DNA from: Acidobacteriota bacterium
Lineage (GTDB): Bacteria; Acidobacteriota; UBA6911; JACQSX01
NCBI GenBank assembly: GCA_036507075.1
Contig: DASXQR010000161.1
Span: 1-22,128 of the forward strand
Direction: 5' to 3'
Length of the DNA: 22,128 nucleotides
This document shows positions 8,457 through 15,977 of this stretch, piece by piece. The translations under genes were made by a program, and so were the position numbers. The notes beneath the pieces were generated by a model. That model saw nothing but the letters and a program-made list of their open reading frames with translations. It had not been told where the DNA came from and made no database searches. The number at the start of each line of letters is the position of its first letter. Positions within the stretch are counted from its first letter, which is position 1.

Positions 8457-8636
8457 TCAGATCTTCTCCCGATAATCATCTTTCGGACACACCCAGTACA
8501 TTCCGCCGGGACGTTCCGGCATTTTGATCACGCGGGTGGCAACCATCAAAGTGTTGCACTTGGGGCAGGTTTTGCCGGTGTGCACCACCTTGTCGCCCAG
8601 GCTGGCTCGCGCTGTTTTGCTGATTTTTTCAGCCAC
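8457..8636 (-). CDS. Small putative zinc-ribbon protein (59 aa)
   Basis: Manual translation: MAEKISKTARASLGDKVVHTGKTCPKCNTLMVATRVIKMPERPGGMYWVCPKDDYREKI. GTG start with AAGGAG Shine-Dalgarno 8 nt upstream. CPKC ... WVCPKD knuckle pair. Absent from the ORF track, whose shortest entries are 60 aa. Confidence 0.8.
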   Translation of the reverse strand: MAEKISKTARASLGDKVVHTGKTCPKCNTLMVATRVIKMPERPGGMYWVCPKDDYREKI

Positions 8637-8823
8637 TTGTGGATCTCCTTTTTCTAGAACTCAAAATGCCAGGCGTCTCAAAGTTTCAGCGTTGCAAACG
8701 CGCCAACTCGGCGACTTCAACACGGATAACTTTCGAGTGCCCAGCCCAAAACTTCTGATTGTAAATGCTGCACAAAATTTGTCAAGGCATCGAGGGAGCC
8801 ATTTCAGGTAGAATTTCGTGTTC

Positions 8824-10011
8824 ATGCCCAAAAAGCTGTTGTTCCTGAGCGCCCACACCGGCAACGGTCATAACGCGGCCGCAGCCGCCCTCGCTGAAGC
8901 CATTCGGGCCCAGGGAGAAGATGTGGAGATCGCGCACCCAATCGAGCAATCAGGCAGTCTCAACCGCTCGCTTGCCGGAACTTATGACTGGGCTCTGAAG
9001 AACTACCCGGGGCGAATGCACTGGTACTTTCAGGCCGTTAATCGGCTACGGCCCGACCGGCGGCTGCTGCGCTTCAGGAGAGTGCAGTCTAAGGGCCTGG
9101 ATTTCCTTCGCCGGCACAATCCAAAGATGGTTGTCTCATTCCATCCAATGACAAACCACCCGTTTGCTTTGTTGTGCGGCCTGATGGATCCCCCCGTGCC
9201 GGTTGCGTGCGTGGTCACCGACCCGTTTCCCCCTTTTTGGGAAGGATGGAAATGTCGGAAGATTCAGCAGTTCTTTGTCGCCACCGAAGAAGCAGCCGCC
9301 GAGCTGCGCGCAGCCGGGGTTGGCGGCGAAAGAATTCTCGTTACGGGACTACCAGTTGCCGGGCGCTTTGAGGAGGGAAACCGGGCTCCCGCCGAGTGGT
9401 ATATTCAAAACGGTTTAAGGCCGGGAAAGTTTACGTTATTTTTGAATGCCGGCTGGCTCGGCGGTGACGACTTTATTCAGTTTTATCGCGCGATCGCCAA
9501 GTCGGCGCTGCCCTTGCAGGTGATTTACGTCCACGGCGCGAGTGGGGCCTCAGAGGCGGCGCGCATTGCCGCCGGCTCCAATGCTCCAACGCTGTTGATG
9601 CCGCGAACGGATCGGATGCATCAATGGATGCGGATGTCCGACCTGATGATCACCAAGCCCGGAGCGCTCACCATTTACGAGGCGCTGGCATGCGAACTGC
9701 CAGTCGGCGTCAATGCAGCTTCTTCCATCATGCCGCAGGAGCGGGGAATGGCCGAAGCGATCCGTTCCAGGGGTCTGGGCTTGTGGATCGGCTCTGCCGC
9801 CGAGCTGCTGCAGTCTGTTCGCGGTTTGTCGGAGTGCAGAGACAAGCTTCATCAGTTCAGGGTTAATATCCGGAAATTTTATCGGCCGGGCGCTGCTGGG
9901 CGGATTGCACATCGGATCGCAGAGCTGGCCGAAGAGCCGGCACGGGAGATGGTTGGTGCCTGGAACCTGGAACGGATAGCGCAAAGACGGGACAGTGTTG
10001 GAGCGGCCTGA
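8824..10011 (+). CDS. MGDG synthase / UgtP-like diacylglycerol glycosyltransferase (GT28)
   Basis: SAHTGNGHNAAA N-terminal motif, VVSFHP, CVVTD, TGLPV and SDLMITKPGALTIYEALACELP. Start is ATG 8824 or GTG 8818. Confidence 0.85.
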   Translation: MPKKLLFLSAHTGNGHNAAAAALAEAIRAQGEDVEIAHPIEQSGSLNRSLAGTYDWALKNYPGRMHWYFQAVNRLRPDRRLLRFRRVQSKGLDFLRRHNPKMVVSFHPMTNHPFALLCGLMDPPVPVACVVTDPFPPFWEGWKCRKIQQFFVATEEAAAELRAAGVGGERILVTGLPVAGRFEEGNRAPAEWYIQNGLRPGKFTLFLNAGWLGGDDFIQFYRAIAKSALPLQVIYVHGASGASEAARIAAGSNAPTLLMPRTDRMHQWMRMSDLMITKPGALTIYEALACELPVGVNAASSIMPQERGMAEAIRSRGLGLWIGSAAELLQSVRGLSECRDKLHQFRVNIRKFYRPGAAGRIAHRIAELAEEPAREMVGAWNLERIAQRRDSVGAA

Positions 10012-10075
10012 CATGCCCGCGCGCGTGATGGCCGCCAAATCGCCGAAACGGACGGCCATGGCAGGCCGCCCCTAC
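9997..10075. repeat. Inverted pair of GTAG-type REP-like palindromes
   Basis: Minus strand 10075-10050 reads GTAG-GGGCGGCC-TGCCAT-GGCCGTCC. Plus strand 9997-10022 carries a degenerate copy GTTG-GAGCGGCC-TGACAT-GCCCGCGC. Confidence 0.75.
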
Positions 10076-10146
10076 GCTCTTGGCGCCGCTCATGATCGGG
10101 GTCCTGCTGAGGTTTGAACTGCGTATACGGAGTACAACGGAGTACA

Positions 10147-11289
10147 ATGGAGAAAAGGATTTTCTTGACGGGAGCCACCGGCTTTTTGGGCAGCCACCTG
10201 GCTTGGAAACTGCTGGAGCAGGGCAAGCCGCTGCGATGTCTGGTGCGCGCCGGTAATCGCCCTGCCGAGGAACGACTCGCGGAACTCTTCCTGAAAATTA
10301 CCAACCGCGAAGGCGACGTGCGTGAGGCCCTGAAAAGAATCGAATTCATCCACGGCGATGTGGCGGTCCCTGACTTCGGCCTGGCCCGGACGGAATACCG
10401 CCGGCTGTTGTACTCTTCGGAAATATGGCATTGCGCCGCCTCACTTTCCTTGTCCGGAGAAGACAAGGAGGAAATCTTCCGCACAAATCTCAATGGTTCC
10501 CATAACGCGCTGAAGCTGGCCGAACTCATCGAAACGCGACGCCTCCACTATCTGAGCACCGCCTACATTTCCGGCAATCGCATGGGTCGGGTGATGGAAA
10601 ATGAGATTTTTCTTGGCCAGGAGTTCAAGAATCCTTACGAGGAATCAAAGTGCATGGCCGAACTACTGGTGAAGGAACTGGAATCCAATAACAGGCTGGA
10701 ATGCACGATTTACCGTCCCAGCATCGTCGTTGGAAACTCGCGCGATGGCCGCGTAACGCATTTCCACGGCGTTTACAGCTTCATCCGCGGCATTATCGCC
10801 GCGCTGCAGCGGCTCCCGTTCGGCAACAAACTGGACGAATTGGTGGAAATTCCCTTTCGTATTGTCGGCATGGCCACCAAAACCCTGAATATGGTGCCGG
10901 TCGACTATGTGATCGATGCCATCCACAGCATCTCGCTGCGAGAGGAGAGCGTGGGAAAGACCTTCCACGTTGTAAATCCCAAACCCACTATGAACCGTGT
11001 GTGGCTGGAGACTTTCTGCAAGACTGTTGGAATCACCGGGCTCAAGTTTGTCACCAGCCATGAATTTCAGAACAGTCCGATGAATGTCTGGGAAAAGCTG
11101 TTCAGCCGCAAAATGGCCTTTTACGCCATGTACCTGAGCGGCGAACCGATATTCGATGACAGCAACACGCAGCACCTGTTAATCACCACAGGCATCAAGT
11201 GTCCCCGTCTCGACCAGCGCCTGATGCAGGCGATGATACGGGGTTACCTGCAGCTGGCCGAGCCCTCGATGCTGCGCGCCCAGGCTTGA
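10147..11289 (+). CDS. Extended SDR oxidoreductase, fatty-acyl/thioester reductase-like (NAD_binding_4)
   Basis: IFLTGATGFLG, HCAAS, STAY, YEESK (YxxxK), YRPSIVVG and VPVDYV motifs. ATG 10147 is preceded by GGAG. Confidence 0.88.
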   Translation: MEKRIFLTGATGFLGSHLAWKLLEQGKPLRCLVRAGNRPAEERLAELFLKITNREGDVREALKRIEFIHGDVAVPDFGLARTEYRRLLYSSEIWHCAASLSLSGEDKEEIFRTNLNGSHNALKLAELIETRRLHYLSTAYISGNRMGRVMENEIFLGQEFKNPYEESKCMAELLVKELESNNRLECTIYRPSIVVGNSRDGRVTHFHGVYSFIRGIIAALQRLPFGNKLDELVEIPFRIVGMATKTLNMVPVDYVIDAIHSISLREESVGKTFHVVNPKPTMNRVWLETFCKTVGITGLKFVTSHEFQNSPMNVWEKLFSRKMAFYAMYLSGEPIFDDSNTQHLLITTGIKCPRLDQRLMQAMIRGYLQLAEPSMLRAQA

Positions 11290-11305
11290 TATTGGGATTG
11301 GCTAT

Positions 11306-11349
11306 CAAGATCAGAGAGGACAACATCACAAGATCAGAGAGGACAACAT
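11306..11349 (+). repeat. Perfect 21-bp direct repeat duplicating the ribosome-binding region
   Basis: CAAGATCAGAGAGGACAACAT at 11306-11326 and 11329-11349. Confidence 0.92.
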
Positions 11350-12016
11350 GAAGAGACGCATCACACTTCTGTTTGTTCTGTGCGCGCTTATCTCGTGCGC
11401 CAAAAAGAACATGGAAAAAGAGAGCACCATGGAGGTGCTCAAGCAGGCGGCCGAAGAGAAATATGATCCTCCGGCTGACAAAAAAATCACCGAGAAACAA
11501 ATGCAGATGTACCTGGCAGTGCACAAGCGAGAGCTGGAAATCGCCCGGAACGCGGCTCAGCGTCTGGAAGAAAAAGGCAAGCAGCTCAAGGCGAAAGACG
11601 AAAAACCCGGCTTCATGGATGCCTTGAACGCTCTCAGCGATGTGGGTAAATTCTGGACCGCCGACCTGCGTGCAGCCAAGGAACTGGGCTATAACACGGC
11701 CGAATACCAGTGGGTGAAGGGGCAGGTGCTGGAGGCCAGCATCACTGCCATGTCCGAGGGCTTCGAACAAGCTGCCAACAAGATGGTGGAACAGTCGATG
11801 CAATCCTACCGGTCGGCGCTGGCAAAGGCCAGGAGTCCGGAAGAAAAGAAAATGCTCGAAGAGCAGATGGCAGCTTTAAATCAGCAGCAGTCTGAGATGA
11901 ATAAGAGCGCCGGCGTTTCCGAGGATATTCGACACAACCGGGAGATCGTCAGGAAGTACCAGGGCGAGCTGGATGCAATCAAATCGGAAATGGAAAAATT
12001 CAATAAATCAAAGTGA
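11348..12016 (+). CDS. Putative lipoprotein, helical/coiled-coil, function unknown
   Basis: MKRR, a hydrophobic stretch and an LISC lipobox. GAGG Shine-Dalgarno. The mature part is K/E/Q/M-rich. Confidence 0.8.
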   Translation: MKRRITLLFVLCALISCAKKNMEKESTMEVLKQAAEEKYDPPADKKITEKQMQMYLAVHKRELEIARNAAQRLEEKGKQLKAKDEKPGFMDALNALSDVGKFWTADLRAAKELGYNTAEYQWVKGQVLEASITAMSEGFEQAANKMVEQSMQSYRSALAKARSPEEKKMLEEQMAALNQQQSEMNKSAGVSEDIRHNREIVRKYQGELDAIKSEMEKFNKSK

Positions 12017-12073
12017 CATCGAACAACCAATAGACTATATTTGGGCCTCAAACTTTCACTGGAGAAAACATCG

Positions 12074-12376
12074 ATGGCGCAAGCAAAACCACTCACCAAG
12101 TCCCAAATCGTAGCGTCGCTGGCTGAGGAAAATGGGCTCACCAAGAAGCAGGCGGCATCCTTCCTTGAAAGCCTGCAGCAGCTTGCCGTTGCTCAGACCA
12201 AGAAGAGCGGCAAGTTTGTGTTGCCCGGCCTGGGAATTCTTGTGAAAGCCAACAGGAAAGCCCGGGTAGGACGAAATCCGGCTACCGGCGAACCGATAAA
12301 CATCCCCGCAAAGACCGTGGTGAAATTTCGAGTAGCCAAGGCCGTCAAAGACGTAATCAGCCCGCCCAAGAAGTAG
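12074..12376 (+). CDS. hup: HU family DNA-binding protein
   Basis: LTKSQIV...FVLPGLG..RKARVGRNPATGEPINIPAKTVVKF signature. GGAG at 12061-12064 precedes ATG 12074. Confidence 0.93.
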   Translation: MAQAKPLTKSQIVASLAEENGLTKKQAASFLESLQQLAVAQTKKSGKFVLPGLGILVKANRKARVGRNPATGEPINIPAKTVVKFRVAKAVKDVISPPKK

Positions 12377-12378
12377 TG

Positions 12379-12495
12379 TGAAAAATAGAGGGACTGAGAG
12401 ATAGAGGGACTGAAAAATAGAGGGACTGAGAGATAGAGGGTGATGGGGAATTTCAGACTACTCCCCCATCTCTCCGTCCATCCCTCCATCCCTCA
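12379..12495. repeat. Octamer tandem array containing a perfect 30-bp duplication, with a degenerate inverted partner arm
   Basis: TGAAAAATAGAGGGACTGAGAGATAGAGGG at 12379-12408 and 12411-12440 (period 32, four 8-mers). Pyrimidine arm CTCCCCCATCTCTCCGTCCATCCCTCCATCCCTCA at 12461-12495. Confidence 0.88.
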
Positions 12496-12570
12496 TTTGA
12501 TAGGGTCTGTTCAGGTCTGTCCCATTTTTGGACGCGAGTCAGCCGGATGGAACTGCCGCTGGTTTTCTCT

Positions 12571-13002
12571 TCAGGCGGACCGTTCCTTGCCCCATTGGTT
12601 AAGGTTCCCCACCAGCAGAGCGCGCAGTCTGCCCGGTAAAAAGAAAACCGCCAGCTCGGCCAGTTCTGTTACCAGTTGAACGATATCTTCGCGCCTTTTC
12701 CAATGCTCGTTCAGCACTGCAGGATCGGTGTGATTCAACAGGCGCAGGATGGCCACGGCGACCAGATAGATGTCATCGATCTGGCCGATGAAAGGAATAG
12801 CATCCGGAATCAAGTCAAACGGATTGAGACAGTAAACAATGACAGCCCCCAGGATCGCCTTGTCCATTGTCGATACCCGCGAATCCCGCAGCAGCCGATA
12901 TATCAGCTTCACCAGATCGGGCAGATAACGAAGAAGAGACTTCAGCCTGTCTTTGGCCTGCCTGCGATCCACTTTTCCCACAGTTTCAATTTTTTCCGAC
13001 AC
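12571..13002 (-). CDS. DUF1232 / YkvA family membrane protein
   Basis: YCLNPFDLIPDAIPFIGQIDD signature. GTG start with GGGAGAGG Shine-Dalgarno. Confidence 0.9.
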   Translation of the reverse strand: MSEKIETVGKVDRRQAKDRLKSLLRYLPDLVKLIYRLLRDSRVSTMDKAILGAVIVYCLNPFDLIPDAIPFIGQIDDIYLVAVAILRLLNHTDPAVLNEHWKRREDIVQLVTELAELAVFFLPGRLRALLVGNLNQWGKERSA

Positions 13003-13020
13003 GACCTCTCCCTTGGAGAG

Positions 13021-13026
13021 ATTATA
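13021..13026 (-). promoter_or_regulatory. Candidate sigma70 -10 element (TATAAT) for the DUF1232 gene
   Basis: Perfect TATAAT on the minus strand 18 nt upstream of the start codon. No consensus -35. Confidence 0.45.
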
Positions 13027-13167
13027 CCGTCGCGGCGGCGCCTGTGGGGAGATTCAGCACGCCTGACCAATGACGCGACAAATTTGTTTTGGAAAAAGAG
13101 TTTTCTCACGATAGGCTTAGTTGGAAATCTGTGACTGTTGAATACTGATCTGTGACGCGGAGATGCC

Positions 13168-13785
13168 GTGAGCGTTGAATACGTCGAGAAAGTCTATAAC
13201 CGTTATTCCAGTTTTTATGACCTGATTTTCGGCAGGATCTTCGAATCCGGCCGGGAGAAAGCTCCGGAACTGCTGCAACTGCACCCCGGCATGCGCCTGC
13301 TTGAAGTCGGCATCGGAACCGGCTTGTCCATACCGCAGTTGCCGAGGTTCTGCACGGTCACCGGCGTTGACCTTTCTCAAAAGATGCTCGACGAAGCAGA
13401 GAAGCGTATCAGGAAACTGGGCCGCGCCAACATACAGCTTCACAAGATGGACGCCACGCAGATGGAGTTTCGAGACAATTCCTTTGATCGAGTGCTGGCC
13501 GCCTATTTCATCAGCACGGTTCCCGATCCGGTGGCCGTAGTGCGAGAGATGAAGCGCGTCTGCAAACCGGGTGGTTTTCTGGTCTTCTTGAATCATTTTC
13601 GGAGCGAAAACCGAGTGGTGGGGACAGTAGAGAAGCTGATTTCCCCCCTGTGCTACCGCATCGGTTTCAGGACGGATCTGAATTTGAAGAAACTGATGCG
13701 AGACGCCGATCTGACCATTGATCGGCTCGAGCGGATCGATTTTCTGGGGAACTGGAAAGCGGTCCGTTGTGTCAACGAAAAGTGA
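13168..13785 (+). CDS. Class I SAM-dependent methyltransferase, similar to PmtA-type phospholipid N-methyltransferases
   Basis: VYNRYSSFYDLIFG N-terminus, LLEVGIGTG, TGVDLSQKML, and STVPDP...EMKRVCKPGG...NHF. Confidence 0.85.
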   Translation: MSVEYVEKVYNRYSSFYDLIFGRIFESGREKAPELLQLHPGMRLLEVGIGTGLSIPQLPRFCTVTGVDLSQKMLDEAEKRIRKLGRANIQLHKMDATQMEFRDNSFDRVLAAYFISTVPDPVAVVREMKRVCKPGGFLVFLNHFRSENRVVGTVEKLISPLCYRIGFRTDLNLKKLMRDADLTIDRLERIDFLGNWKAVRCVNEK

Positions 13786-13911
13786 GCTCCGACCCCCTCG
13801 AAAAGTAAGCTTCGGCCCCTCCAAACCCGCAAAAAATCGTGCTCAACACAAAAAGCCTGAAACCATTCAAGCGGTCTTGCATCTTTATTCGGGGCAGTTT
13901 TGGGGCAAGTC

Positions 13912-14334
13912 ATGTTAACTTTCATTATTCAAAACACCAGGGAACGCTTGCAGAAAAAGAATTCAAAGAAAGGCCTCTCGATTACGACCTCTTCCACTGC
14001 AGGTGATATTGCCGTGGTTTCTCTTAACGGCAAGATCGACTTTGAAGCTGCGGCCCTGCTTGAAGTCAGAATCCAGGAGCTTTCAAAGACCGGCATTAGG
14101 AAACTGGCGCTTGATCTGAGCGGCGTAACGGGCATGGACAGCACCGGCCTGGGGGAAATCATTGCCATCTACAACCGCTTTGCAGCCGACGGCGGCGAGG
14201 TTTGTGTGGCCGATTTGTCCGATCGCATTCGGCTGCTCTTCGAATATGCCAAACTTCACTTCGTGTTTCGTATCTTCACCAATGTCGCCAGCGCCACGGA
14301 ATATCTGGGGAAGCTGGGGGATGGAAGGTTGTGA
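13912..14334 (+). CDS. STAS domain protein (anti-sigma-factor antagonist)
   Basis: LNGKID, LALDLSGVTGMDSTGLG with the phospho-acceptor Ser. The start is uncertain (ATG 13912 or TTG 13948). Confidence 0.85.
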   Translation: MLTFIIQNTRERLQKKNSKKGLSITTSSTAGDIAVVSLNGKIDFEAAALLEVRIQELSKTGIRKLALDLSGVTGMDSTGLGEIIAIYNRFAADGGEVCVADLSDRIRLLFEYAKLHFVFRIFTNVASATEYLGKLGDGRL

Positions 14335-14657
14335 AGGGTTGTGAAGGGGAGGGTTATGAAGGGTTATGAAGGGGAAGGATAGGTTATGAAGGGGAAGGAT
14401 AGGGAAGGAAGGGGGATGAAGGGAAGCGGTTACCAACCGAACCGCGCGTGTAAGCAAGCGGACCCATGCAGCAAACGCTAAGCACCAAATTAATTAGAAG
14501 TGCCACATCGAGGGTCCGCTTGCTTACGCGCGCGGTTCGGTTGATGGCTTATTTCGTTTTGTTCCGCTTATAATCCTTGTCCTTCCCCTTCCTTCCCCTT
14601 CATAACCCCTTCCTTCCCCTTCATAACCCTTCCTTCCCTTCATAACCCCAACCTCCA
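14324..14657. repeat. Inverted purine/pyrimidine arrays of 5/10-bp units (GTTAT/GAAGG/GGAAG)
   Basis: Left arm ~14324-14426 contains GGTTATGAAGGGGAAGGA twice. Right arm ~14574-14657 contains its reverse complement TCCTTCCCCTTCATAACC twice, plus a variant. Confidence 0.9.
14434..14543. repeat. REPIN/MITE-like element: 32-bp inverted repeat around a 46-bp spacer
   Basis: CAACCGAACCGCGCGTGTAAGCAAGCGGACCC (14434-14465) and GGGTCCGCTTGCTTACGCGCGCGGTTCGGTTG (14512-14543) are 31/32 complementary. Each arm contains its own CCGC...GCGG hairpin. Confidence 0.88.
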
Positions 14658-14658
14658 C

Positions 14659-15642
14659 TCAGTATCCCCGCCTTTTGTTCACCACATACAGGAGCGGCTC
14701 GCCTGAGAGGTAGCGGCGGAGGTTTTCTGCCAGCAACTCATGCTGCCGCCGCCAGAACCGCTCCAACATGGTCGCAGAACCTACGTGTGGAGTAATCAGT
14801 ATATGGGGCGCGGCCCACAGTGGACTTCCCTGGGGCAGTGGCTCGGTCTCGTACACGTCCAGGGCGGCGCCTGCAATGCGACCAGACTGCAGCGCGTCGG
14901 CCAGGGCTCGCTGATCGACGGCGGTTCCCCGACCCACATTGATAAGGCAGGCACTCTTTTTCATCGAATCCAGTTGCTGCTTGCCGATTATGTGTCGGGT
15001 AGCGGCGGTGTCAGGCACCGCCAGGACCACGAAATCGGATTCGGTCAATAATCGATCCAATTGGTCTACGCCGAGCATTTCGTCCACGCCTTTGACGGGC
15101 TGATCACAATTCTGGCGCAATCCGAGGACCCGCATTCCGAGAGCTTTTGCTCTGACCGCGAGCTCCCCGCCGATCCCTCCTGCTCCGATGATTCCCAGGC
15201 AGGTGCCGTTGACTTCCCCGCATCCCCGCCATACTTCCATTTGAGCCCACTGCCTGCGATGTTGTCCGGCGGCCGCGAGCGGCAGGTTTCGGGCCAGCGC
15301 CAAAATCAGCATCAGCGCGTGCTCGGCTGCAGGAACCCGGTGGACCACCGATGCCGAAGTGATTACGACCGGCCCTTGGATGATTTCCGGAGAAAGAAGG
15401 CCCTCTACGCCCGCCGTCGGACACTGAATCCAGGCCAGCTTGCGCGCCCGAGTCGCCTGCTCTCCGCTCAACTCCCATCCGACATATATTTCCGCCGCTT
15501 CGATGGCCTTGTCCAAGCCGCGAAAATCGGGCAGGTAATCGATGCCCACTGCTGGGAATCGCTGCCTCAGTTGTGCCAGCCACCAAGCCGGCAGTTCGCC
15601 AATGGGCGAAGAACTGCGGAAACTGATCACCATTTTCTTCAT
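14659..15642 (-). CDS. D-2-hydroxyacid dehydrogenase
   Basis: GIIGAGGIG Rossmann motif, INVGRG, LDVYETEPL and ITPHVG (R-E-H catalytic residues). Confidence 0.93.
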   Translation of the reverse strand: MKKMVISFRSSSPIGELPAWWLAQLRQRFPAVGIDYLPDFRGLDKAIEAAEIYVGWELSGEQATRARKLAWIQCPTAGVEGLLSPEIIQGPVVITSASVVHRVPAAEHALMLILALARNLPLAAAGQHRRQWAQMEVWRGCGEVNGTCLGIIGAGGIGGELAVRAKALGMRVLGLRQNCDQPVKGVDEMLGVDQLDRLLTESDFVVLAVPDTAATRHIIGKQQLDSMKKSACLINVGRGTAVDQRALADALQSGRIAGAALDVYETEPLPQGSPLWAAPHILITPHVGSATMLERFWRRQHELLAENLRRYLSGEPLLYVVNKRRGY

Positions 15643-15654
15643 AGCTGTTGGTCG

Positions 15655-15976
15655 GCGTTTCGGAGTACGAGTTGCGAGTTTTCGGGTTACGGGTTTTTGG
15701 GTTACGGGTTACGAGTTTGCGAATTCAAGATTAGGAGATTGAGAATTAATGCAGCGGGTCAGTTCCGGCTTCAAGTGCAACCGGACTTCTCAGTGGAAAC
15801 TCGGCGTTTTCTGCGGCTCTGCGGTGAAAGCCGTTGGAATTCACCGCAGAGTCGCAAAAATCGCTGAAGATTTCGCCGAGGCTTCAGAATTCAAGCCGAC
15901 CCAATACCAGGATTCCACTTTCTGTATGATTCGCAAACCCGTAACCCGTAACCCGTAACCCTAAACCCCGCAACCC
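15655..15976. repeat. Second nested (GGGTTAC)n / (GTAACCC)n inverted cassette with an inner nonamer-type hairpin
   Basis: Left arm 15655-15726 ends GGGTTAC GAGTTTGCGAATTC. Right arm 15928-15976 reads GATTCGCAAACCC GTAACCC x3. Inner TGCGGCTCTGCGGTGAA (15812-15828) and TTCACCGCAGAGTCGCA (15840-15856) are 16/17 complementary. Confidence 0.9.
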
Positions 15977-15977
15977 T

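Noticed and set aside
13784..13830. Imperfect direct repeat AGCTCCGACCCCCTCGAAA / AGCTTCGGCCCCTCCAAA
   Set aside because: Only two short degenerate copies, which could be chance.
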